Below, in pieces: positions 40,360-51,299 of a DNA stretch of 64,000 nucleotides; the stretch's first letter is position 1; each line of letters opens with the position of its first letter. The notes below the pieces were generated by a model. That model was not told the DNA's origin, did no database searches, and worked only from the letters and a program-made list of their open reading frames with translations. The translations under genes were made by a program, and so were the position numbers. The DNA is from Phyllobates terribilis (lineage: Eukaryota), in assembly GCF_046119375.1 (NCBI RefSeq), contig NW_027362761.1, positions 542,810,001 to 542,874,000 on the forward strand, given 5' to 3'.

Positions 40360-43300
40360 GTTATTTATTATAGCGCCATTTATTCCATGACGCTTTACAT
40401 GTGAAAAGGGGTATACAAAATAAAAAGTATAATAATCTTAGACAATAGAAGTCACTGATTGGTACAGGAGGAGAGAGGACCCTACCCGCCAGGGCTCACA
40501 GTCTACAAGGGATGGGTGAGGTTAGAGCTGGTCGTGCAGTGTTATGGTGGATCAAGGGTTACTGCAGGTTGTTCGCTTGTCGGAACAGGTAGGTCTTCAG
40601 GTTCCTTTTGAAGGTTTCCACTGTAGGTGAGATTCTATGTTGGGGTAGAGTGTTCCAGAGTAGGGGGGATGCACGGGAGAAATATTGTATGCGATTGTGG
40701 GAAGAGGAGATAAGAGGGGAGTAGAGAAGGAGGTCTTGTAAGGATCGGAGGTTGCATGCAGGTAAGTACCGGGAGACTAGGTCACAGATGTATGGAGGAC
40801 ACAGGTTGTGGATGGCTTTGTATGCCATGGTTAGGGTTTTGAACTGAAGTCTCTGGGTAACGGGGAGCCAGTGAAGGGATTGACAGAGGGGAGAGGCCGA
40901 GGAACACCAGGGGGACAAGTGGATTAGTCCGTTAGGAGAGCTTAGGATAGATTGGAGAGGTGCCAGAGTATTAAAAGAGAGGTCACAGAGCAGGAGGTTG
41001 CAGTAATCGAGGCGGGAGATGAGGACATGGACTAGTGTTTTTGCAGATTCTTGAGTAAGGAAAGTACTGATCCGGTAGATATTTTTGAGTTGGAGTCGGC
41101 AGGAAATGGAAAGGGCTTGGATATGTGGTTTGAAGGAGAGATCAGAGTCCAGAGTTACCCCGAGGCAGCGAGCTTGAGGGACTGGGGAGAGTGGGCAGCC
41201 ATTTACTTTGATAGGTCTGTTGGAGAGGTTGAGTGAGATGGGAGGGGGAAAGATAATGAATTCAGTTTTATCCATGTTAAGTTTTAGAAATCTAGCAGAG
41301 AGGAAGGTTTAAATGGCGGACAGACATTGTAGGATTCTGGTTAGTAGGGAGGTGATATCTGGTCCAGAGAGGTAGATTTGTGTGTCATCGGCGTAAAGGT
41401 GATATTGGAAGCCTTGAGACTCTGAGCTTTTCCAGGCTGAAGGTATAAATGGAAAAGAGCAGGGGCCCTAGGACTGAACCTTGGGTGATACCGACAGATA
41501 GGGGGCGAGGTGAGGAGGTGGTGTGTGAGTGGGAGACACTGAATGAACGGTCTGTTGGGTATGACGAGATCCAAGATAGGGCCAAGTTTGTGATGCCAAG
41601 AGATGAGAGAATATTTAGTAGAGAATGATCCACTGTGTCAAAATCAGAAGACGGGTCCAGGAGAAGGACAGAGTAGTGTCGCTTGGAGTTGGCGGTTAGT
41701 AGGTCATTGGTGACTTTTTACTCAGAGCAGTTTCAGTGGAGTGGTGCCAGATTATAAGTGGTCAAATAGGGAGTAGCAGGAGAGGTTGGAAGGACAGTTC
41801 AAGATGGATGTGTCCCAGTAGTTTTGAGGTATAGGGGAGAAGTGATATGGGACGATAGCTAGACAGAGAGGATGGGTCAAGGGAGGGCTTTTTGAGGATG
41901 GGTGTAATTGAGTATTGTTTGAAGCGTGGGCTGAACACTCTAGTTGTTAGAAATAGGTTGAAGAGATGGGTTGGGGTTGGGGTAAAGACAGTGGTGAGGT
42001 TTGGGATGAGGTGGGATGGGATCGGGTCGAGTGCACAGATGGTGAGATGTGATCTTGAGAGTAGAGCGGAAAGTTGATCTTCCGTAACGGTGAAAAAGCT
42101 GGTTTTGGAGGAGGGCTGAGTAGTTGTGAGAGATGGGGCTGTGGGGTCTGTAGGCTAAAGCTTTCTCTGATATCAATCTTCTGCTTGAAGAATGAGGCAA
42201 AGTCTTCAACTGACATGAGTGGAGAGGGAGGAGGTGCTTGGGGACAGAGGAGGGAATTGAAAGTGTTGAATAGCTGTTTTGGGTTTCAAGACCGGGAGGA
42301 AGTGAGAGATGAGAAGTATGTTTGTTTGTTTTGCTGCAGTGAGTGTGGACTTGAAACTAGTGAGGAACTGTTTGAATGCGATGAGGTGCTCGTTGGAGTG
42401 GGATCTTTTCTAGCTCTGCTCAGCAACTCTGGAAGCCTACCTCAGTTCTTTAGTCAGGCACTGGTGTCAGGGTTGTCTGTTGATTTTGCGAGCTTTGGGA
42501 TGTGTGAGAGGGGCGACCAATTTCAAGAGCTGCGGCATCTGCATCATGTAAGGAACTAATGTCCTGTAAGAGGGAGAAGGGATTCAGAGTGTGTGTGTGT
42601 GGATCAAAGTGTTTAAGATTTCTGCGAGGGTGTGCAGTTTTTATTGAGTGGGGGTTGTGGACCTGGAGACGAGAGGGAGTAGAGTGTAAGTAGGTTGTGG
42701 TCAGACAGTGGAAGATTTGAGTTAGAGAGGTTAGATAGGGAACAGAGACAGGTGAAGATGAAGTCCAATGTGTGGCCATCTTTGTGAGTGCCTGTGGAAG
42801 TCCATTGAGTGAGGCCGAAGGAAGAAATGAGAAGCTGAGAAGGAAGTGTCAATGGGGATGTTGAAGTCTCCCATGATAGTGGGGATGTCAGCGGAAAGGA
42901 AGTGAAGTAGCCAGGTGGTGAAATGGTCAAAGAAGGTGGTGGCTAGCCCTAGGGGGGCAGTAAATGACAGCCAGTTGGAGGGTGAGTAGATGCGCACACA
43001 GTGCTCAAAAGGAGAGAGCGTAACGGAGGGCAGCAGTGCAATTGAGGTGAAGGAGCAATTATCTGAAAGGAGGAAACCAACTCCTCTGCCATGCTTGCTG
43101 CTGTGGTGGGGGTGTGTGAGTAAGATGGAATCCACCGTACGAAAGTGCATCTGGAGAAGGCTGTGTCAGAGGGGGTGAGCCAGGTTTCAGTGATGCCGAG
43201 GAAGGAAAGTTTGTTAGTAATGAAAAGATCATGAATGTAGGAAAGTTTGTTGCAGACAGAACGAGCGTTCCATAGAGCTCTTGTTAATGGGACTGGGGAA

Positions 43301-43946
43301 GCGGGAGGTGCGCAGATGGATATAAGGTAAGAGAAAGTCGTGTTAAATCGTGAATGAGAGGTCGAAGCGACTGGAGATGTGGTGAGGAGGACCAGGATTT
43401 GGGGAGATATTGCCGGCAGTGAGGAGGAGCAGAGAAAGTGTTAGCAGGTGGGAGTAGGAGAGGGCATGAGGTGGCTGCCTGTGTTTTGGAGATAGAATTG
43501 TATGTTGAGGAACAGTTCTGAGGAGGAGGTGAAATGGATGGGGAGGATTGAGGGAGAGAGAACCTGTTCCTTACTAGGTGTAGTGATTAGGGGGATTTGT
43601 AAAAAGTGAAGGATTATAGGGGTGAGAATGAAAACAAAGAGAAACATTGTTTACAGTTACTATATATCCAGTTACCTTCGGTTCTCTTCTGGTTCAATTC
43701 TGGTATAATTCATATTTGTACACTTAAGCGATCAAACACTTAAGGCAAATGACGCGACTAAAGTCTATGCAGACACCTTACTCACAATATATATGCTACA
43801 AAATGCATTCAGGGGTGAACCAGAGAAGAGTGGTCTGTGCTCAGCTTGATCAGATGATTTAGGCTGAGCCAGATGCAGGAAATTCAAGGTCATAAATAAG
43901 AGTGGAGATTGAGTAGTTTGTTGATAAAAAAAAAAACAAAAAAAAA
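40360..43946 (-). mobile_element. Near full-length L2-type LINE, 3587 bp, degenerate ORF2 (43647 to 40559), 5-bp TSD TAGCT
   Basis: APE motifs LWNARSVCNK, GITETWL, MGDFN, GHTLD, SDHN; RT motifs [11 protein letters not shown] and LYADDT; C-terminal SRLDYCN and F..NLKTYLF; 3' end CGCTATAATAAATAA. TAGCT at 40355-40359 and 43947-43951. Confidence 0.9.
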
Positions 43947-45200
43947 TAGCTCCCACTTAATGTTATTTCCAACAGAAAACTCAGTGCGTTCAGGCCAATA
44001 TTGTCTGTGGTTGTTTGCTTTAGTGTTCCTGCTATCTCAAAGACCAAGAAAGCATGGAAACTTGGTATACCCTCCTTGAAGACCCATCAAGAATGCAACC
44101 ATTTTGAAATCTCCAAATACTTCCCAACCATATTGCTCATATTTCAATGCATTTAGGAATCTCTTCACATTTACATTGTCGTCTTTTAAGCTTTGCTGAA
44201 TGGGCAAGCGGAAGAGAAGGATACTTGTTACCATCATGGAGTAATACTGTTCTAAGACTCTGATGAACTGTCAATGAAGAGGCAAAACTCACTAGGATCA
44301 AAAGGAATTCCAATATTCCGAAACAGACCAGTTATATTGTGACCAAAGCAGAGTTCATCTTCACGGATAAAAAAAAAGCTGGAAAAAGTTGTTTGTTTTT
44401 TTTTTGCTTCCTCTGTTCTGATACTTGTTAGATGAAACTAAGTTCCATAGCTTGAGTCTGGATGTTAAAGGGGTTGTCCACTACTTTTACATTGATGCCC
44501 TATCCGTATGATAGGGCATCAATGTATGATTGGCCGGATCCGGCACCCAGCACCCCCGCCGATCAGCTGTTATCGGTGTCAGCGGCGGCCGCCGGCCGGA
44601 AGTCCTTACCTGCGCTGCTGGCCGTCAAGTGGTAGTGGCCGGCACCTGTTACTGCACATCCGCCTCCCATTCAATTGAATGGGAGGCGGATGTGCAGTAG
44701 CAAGCGCTGGTCACTACTACTTGATGGCCAGGCACCGCAGGTTAGGACTTCCGGCCGGCGGCACTGATAACAGCAGATCGGCGATGGTGCCGGGTGCGGG
44801 ACCCCAGCCGATCATACATTGATCATACGGATAGGGCATTAATGTAAAAGTAGTGGACAACTTCTTTAAGAGCTCAGCATTACACTTTATAAGACCAATT
44901 AGTTTAATCTGTATTGCTTTAAGTCTGATCTTCAAAATCTGCCGCAATCTCTGAGCTACTACTTCCATCACTAGGTTCATCTCTATGGAGGAGTAAGTAC
45001 AGGAAGTTCAGGACCATGGATGGTGATATGTTTGGATAAATTACTGCAGGTGCCGTCTTGCCAGCACCTCGTTTAGAAGGGTACACCATGAAGAAGTAAC
45101 AGTCCATGGAATGATCAATGGGCTCTCGCCATATTCTTGGAACACCAAACTTCAAAGCCATCTTTTCCCCTCTGTATGTCTTCATGTCAATAGCACCTTT
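43947..45200 (-). mobile_element. Chapaev3-like transposon, 5' part of transposase (interrupted by a MITE)
   Basis: FGVPRIWREPIDHSMDCYF (Chapa-type zinc motif), LKYEQYGWEVFGDFKMVAFLMGLQGGYTKFPCFL..DSR; removing the L2 restores KWE-LLVDP. Confidence 0.7.
44465..44869. mobile_element. Fully palindromic TTAA-flanked MITE (T2-MITE/Kolobok-like), ~405 bp
   Basis: TTAA|AGGGGTTGTCCACTACTTTTACATT ... AATGTAAAAGTAGTGGACAACTTCT|TTAA; centre CCTCCCATTCAATTGAATGGGAGG. Confidence 0.92.
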
Positions 45201-45764
45201 AGAAATATTTGCTTAGAAAATTGGTGACGTGTTCAGTACTTCACCCGCTGTGTGCATATAATCCAGACAAATGCGCATATGTCATGACAACTGAACCAAC
45301 TTTTTTTTTCCAAGTTTTTTTTTTTTTAGTAGTTATTAAAAAAAAGTATAGAAACTGAGTATCTGTATAATCATACTGACCTGTAGCGTAAAATTAAAAT
45401 GTAATTATTTTTTTTCTGCTAAGTGAACATCATAAAAAAACAAAGCAACGGAAAAAGTTCAGTTTTTCTAAAATTCTTGCCCACTTGGATTTTTTTTTTC
45501 ATCTTGTTCTTCAGTACATTTAAAATGGATGGTGTCATTCAAAACTACACTTCGTCCTGCAGAAAAACAAGCCCTCAAATTGCTCTCTTTAGCCTCTTAC
45601 CGTCAGCCAGTTTTGACTTTCCTGACACAGACCCATTTTTTACACCTGTCACGTCGCTCTTTAGTCGGTAATATCTCGAGTGCTTCTTCCAGTCTCAGAG
45701 ATTCTGAGATTGTTTTTCCTTGACACTTTGATTCGTGAAAGTGGTGCATTTAGGTCGATACGAC

Positions 45765-48700
45765 TTAAAGGGGTATTCCCATCTCCAAGATCGTAGCCCA
45801 ATGTGGAGTAGGTGTAATAATAAAAATATTGGCAAATGCATCCAATTATAAATGTAGTATAGTTCTTTTGATTCACTGTGTCTTTCCTCATGAGCATCTC
45901 ATGGTTACGACTAGTGTTGAGCGAACATGCTCGACACTGCTCGGTACTCGCCCGAGCATCACGCTACTCTGGATATTCGGCGAGCACCGAGCATTTCCGG
46001 GTTACTCGGGCGGGAGCTCGGGTCTCCGCCCTGCATGTTTGGCGCTCTTTACAGAGCCAATGAACATGCAGGGATTGCCAGCCAGTCACTGTAATGCCGC
46101 AGCCATGTTTGTGGGCATTACAGTGATTGGCTGGCCGCACAGCGTCACCTCCCACACGATCAGCCCATCATGATTGGTGTCTGTGCGATGTCTGCGGTGT
46201 CTGTGCGTGTGTCTGCGAGTGTGTGCGATGTGTGTGGGTGTGCGCGGTGTCTGTGCGATGTCTGCGGGTGTGTGCATGCAGGCAGACATAGGCCGATGTG
46301 ACACTACTACTCCCATCGGCCTATGTCTGTCCCCCGTCCACTCGTGCCAGCAGGATCAGCTCGATGGGAGCAGTAGTTCCCATCAGCCTGATCCTGCTAT
46401 ATAAATTGCCCTACTGTGTCCCCAATAAATTTTAAATACATGTCATTGGTGGCCAGTGGTTACCTACAATAAATTTGTTCATACATTACCTGTCCCCGCC
46501 GATCGCCACCTAAAATAAAGTAAAAAATAAAAAACTACACCTATACTCACCTAGACACCTAATTCCCCGAAGCCATCGATCTCCTGTAATAAAATATAAA
46601 ATAATAAACCACAACCTTATCCTTACCCCTCCGTAGTAGTCCACGAGTGTCCCACGATGATCTCCAGTTTAGAGCAGCCACATAGAATGTGACCGCTCAG
46701 AGCCGCTGCCGCCGCTAGAATGACGGGGGCCGTAAAGCAGCCCCGTCATTGCATAAGCGGGTTCGCCGGAGTTCAGGCAGCGCTGCTCCGGTTAGCTCCT
46801 TTACGGCCCTGCTGTATCGTGAGAAATTCCCATGGTACAGCAGTGCCGTAAAGGAGGTCTCCGGAGCTGCGCTGCCTGAATGCACTCCTGTGACCTCAGT
46901 CAGTGGCTCCCGCTGCCGGGAGCGGACGTGTTCCCGGCAGTGTGAGCTTACAGCAGTCATGCACAGCTGTCACCATCTCCAGATGTGACAGCTGTGCATG
47001 GGAAATCAGCGCAGGAACGTGGACAGGTAACTATTTTTTTTTAGTAAACTAAGAATTAAATAAAATTGTGTGTTTTATTTCAAATAAATTATTTTTTTCT
47101 GGGTGTAGTGTGTGTTTTCTTTTTAACACTTTGTAGGTTAGTAATGGGGGTGTCTTATAGACGCCCATCATTACTAACCTGGGCTTCATGGCAGCTGGCA
47201 CTGACATGAACCCCAGCCCCATTACCCCCTGCCACTGCACCAGGGCAGCGTGGAAGAGCGAGGCTAAGTGCCAGAGTTGGCGCATCCTATAGATGCGCCA
47301 TTTCTGGGGCGGCTGACGGCTGGTGTTTCTAGCCTGGGAGGGGGCCAATATTCATGGCACCCTTCCTGGGCTATTAATATCAGCCCCCAGCTGTCTGCCT
47401 CGCCTTTGCTAGCTATTAAATAGGGGGTACCCCACGTCATTTTTTTTGGGGGGTCCCCCATTTTAATAGCTAGTAAAGGCTAGGTATTCAGCTGGGGGCT
47501 GATATTAGTAGTCTGGGAAGCTCCGTGGGTATTACCCACTTCCCAGGCTTCAAACATCTGCCCCAGCCGTCTGCTTAACCTCCGCTAGAGCCTTAAATTA
47601 TGGGGGATCCCACGCCAATTTTTTTTTTAAATAAATCCTTTATTTTAACACTAAATGACAAGTACAGGAGTTAATAAAGATGCAGTCCCTAAATTATAAT
47701 TTATTTTTTAATTGATTTTTCCCAAAAATTTTGACGTGGGCTTTGCCATATTTTTGTATGCCAGCCAGGTACAGCATCCAGCTTCTATGAACGCGCCATT
47801 TTCCGGGGTGGCTGCGGACTGCAATTTGCACCGGGGGGGGGGGGGGGGGCAGAAAGCTTGGGCCTCCCTGCACTGCAGATTCCAGCTGCCTAGTTGTACC
47901 TGGCTGGACACACAAATAGGGAGAAGCCCCACGTATTTTTTTTTTAAAATTATTTCATGAAATTCATGAAATAATTTTTTAAAAAAAGGGCTTCCCTATA
48001 TTGTTGTGTCCGGCCAGGTACAAATAGGCAGCTGGTGGTTGGGGGCAGCCCGTTCCTGCCTGCTGTACCTGGCTGGACACAAATATAGTGCGAAGCCCCA
48101 AGTCAATTTTTTTTAATTATTTCAGGAAATTCATGAAATAATTAAAAAAAAAATTGATGTGGGGCTTCGCCCTATATTTGTGTCCAGCCAGGTACAGCAG
48201 GCAGGAACGGGCTGCGCCCAACCACCAGCTGCCTATTTGTACCTGGTTGGACACAACAATATAGGGAAGCCCTTTTTTTCTTAATTATTTCATGAATTTC
48301 ATGAAATAATTTAAAAAAAAATACGTGGGGCTTCGCCCTATTTTTGTGTCCAGCCAGGTACAACTAGGCAGCTGGGGGCTGGAATCTGCAGCGCAGGGAG
48401 GCCCAAGCTTTCTGGGCCCCACCTGCTGCAAATTGCAGTCTGCAGCCACCCCGGAAAATGGCGCGTTCATAGAAGCGCCATCTTCTAGCGCTGTACCCAA
48501 CTCATCCAGGGCCCTGGTGCGGTGGCTCACTGGGTAATAAAGGGGTCAGGGCCAGCTTGGTATTATCAGCTGGCCCTAAGCCCGAAATTCATGGGGTCAC
48601 GCCAATATTAGACATGACCACCATGAATTTCTAGTAAAGTATTTAAAAAAAACACAAACACCCAGAAAAAAGTCCTTTAATTGAAATAAAGACACAATTC

Positions 48701-51265
48701 TTTATTGTTCTAAATTAAACCATACTTACCATCACGCCCATTCCAGCTGAAGCCAACGATCTCCTGCAATAAAAGAAAAATAATAAAGTAACCTCATCCT
48801 TACCTTTCCATGGTTCCCAGGACAGCTTCAGCTCTGCTACATCGAGATGACAGGCTGGACCGCAGCAGAACGCTGCCATCCAGCCTGTCATCCCGCAGAC
48901 ACTGAGAAGAGCAGGCATGCTTGCGCTCCTCAGTGTCTCTCTGTGACGGCATAAAGATGAGCCGAGGTCATGTCCAATGAACTCGGCTCACCTCATGCAC
49001 GTCACTGACAGCGTGGGAAAATTCTCCTGCACTCAGCGCTTCAGCGTGAGAATTTTCCCACGCTGTCAGTGACGTGAATGAGGTGAGGTCTTGTCCAATG
49101 AACTCAGCTCACCTCATGCACGTCACTGACAGCGTGGGAAAATTCTCACGCTGAAGCGCTGAGTGCAGGAGAATTCTCCCACGCTGTCAGTGACGTGCAT
49201 GAGGTGAGCTGAGTTCATTGGACATGACCTCGGCTCATCTGGATGCCGTCACAGAGAGACACTGAGGAGCACAAGCATGCCTGCGCTTCTCAGTGTCTGC
49301 GGGATGACAGGCTGGATGGCAGCGTTCTGCTGCGGTCCAGCCTGTCATCTCGATGTAGCAGAGCTGGAGCTGTCCTGGGAACCATGGAAAGGTAAGGATG
49401 ATGTTGCTTTATTATTTTTCTTTTATTGCAGGAGATCGTTGGCTTCAGCTGGAATGGGCGTGATGGTAAGTATGGTTTAATTTAGAACAATAAAGAATTG
49501 TGTGTTTATTTCAATTAAAGGACTTTATTCTGGGTGTTTGTGTTTTTTTTAACTTTGACTATGGGGTTAGTAATGGGGGTGTCTTATAGACGCCTCTCCA
49601 TTACTAACCTGGGCTTGATGTCAGCTGGCATTATAAGCTGACATCAACCCCAACCCTATTACCCCACTGCCACCGCTACAGGGCAGTGGGAAGAGCGAGG
49701 CTAAGTGCCAGAATTGGCGCATCCTATGGATGCGCCATTTCTGGGGCGGCTGATTGCTGGTGTTTCTAGCCTGGGAGGGGGCCAATATTCATGGCACCCT
49801 TCCTGGGCTATTAATATCAGCCCCCAGCTGTCTGCCTAGCCTTTGCTAGCTATTAAATTAGGGGGGACCCCACGTCATTTTTTTTGGGGGGTCCCCCATT
49901 TTAATAGCTAGTAAAGGCTATGTATTCAGCTGGGGGCTGATATTAGTAGCCTGGGAAGCTCCGTGGGTATTACCCCCTTCCCAGGCTTCAAACATCTGCC
50001 CCAGCCGTCTGCTTAACCTCCGCTAGAGCCTAAAATTACGGGGAATCCCACGCCAATTTTTTTTTTAAATAAATCCTTTATTTTAACACTAAATGACAAG
50101 TACAGTAACCAACACTGTCACTGTACTTCATATATATATGTGACTGACATACATAGATTAGATAGATAGAAACATGATTCTCTATTCCTTCTATTCTAAA
50201 TTGTCGGGTACCGCTGCTGAATTGCCGGCCGGCTTTTTTAAAGAGACGGTGCATGAAAACACTATTATATTTTTAAATAAATCCTTTACACTAAATGACA
50301 AGTACAGTAACCAACACTGTCACTGTACTTCATATATATGTGACTGACATGTTTCTATCTATCTAATCTATGTGTGATTCTCTATTCTTTCTGTTGTAAA
50401 TTGTCGGGTACCGGTGTATGCGCTGATGAATTGCCGGCTTTTCATGTTTCACTGTGAGCACTGTTCCCATCGATTTGGGCAACCACCTCCCCCAATACAT
50501 TCTACATTATTCTTAGTTGTTTTACTTCATGTAGAATTAACCTACAAGGAAAGAAAGGGTTTATTTTCATTCCGATGTTTCTGTCCCATTGACTTGCATT
50601 GGTTTCCGGTATCGGAATCGGCGATATCCGATACTTTTTGGGTATCTGTCCAATCCGATACGATACGATATTTCTTGATATCGGAAGGTATCGCTCAACA
50701 CTATCCTTAACATATTTCACAGGAAAGCACTTTCACTTTAGTTTTTGAACGTTTTATTTTGAGCCTGTTAAAGTGGCTTAATACCTCTGAAAACGTTGTT
50801 GACAGCAGTGACCTGGGGGTCAGAAATGGTTCCTGGGGCGGTCCCCATGCTGTCCCCATGTCATTTGAGCACTGTCACTATCGTTTTGGGCACTTGTTAG
50901 GCTTTTAAAAGACTGCCGGGGGTGCCACCGCAAAAATGCTCGAGTCTCCCATAGACTAACATTGGGCTCGTTGCTCGGGTCGAGCACCCGAGTATCACGG
51001 CGAGCTCGGCCCGAGCTTCGAGCACCCGAGCATTTTAGTGCTCGCTCAACACTAGTTACGACCATTAGCAACTAGCTAACTGTCACTATATCAGTGGATG
51101 TAACCATGAATACCTAAGGTCCTGCAAAGCATGCACATGAGGAAAGAGACATAGCGAATCAGAAGAACTATACTATATTTCTAATTGGAGAAATTTGCTA
51201 ATATTATTGTCATTACACCTACTACATAGTGGGATAGGATCTTAGAGATGGGAATACCCCTTTAA
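45765..51265. mobile_element. TTAA-flanked fold-back MITE split by the hAT-type insertion
   Basis: TTAA|AGGGGTATTCCCATCTC ... GAGATGGGAATACCCCT|TTAA; arms 45765-45903 and 51063-51265 are reverse complementary over ~130 bp. Confidence 0.9.
45912..51054. mobile_element. Non-autonomous hAT-type element, 5143 bp, perfect 8-bp TSD GTTACGAC
   Basis: GTTACGAC|TAGTGTTGAGCGA ... TCGCTCAACACTA|GTTACGAC; subterminal CCGAGCA/TGCTCG repeats; no transposase ORF. Confidence 0.92.
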
Positions 51266-51299
51266 GTTTTTATTTATAAAAATTTGCTGAAATTTTTTC

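Noticed and set aside
48715-49480. Duplicated 67-aa ORF on opposite strands as a possible small gene pair
   Set aside because: These are the two arms of one palindrome within a non-autonomous transposon.
50704-50722. TCCTTAAC followed by AC/AG, resembling a U12 acceptor
   Set aside because: Lies downstream of a GT(U2) donor inside a transposon, with no exon-like sequence after it.
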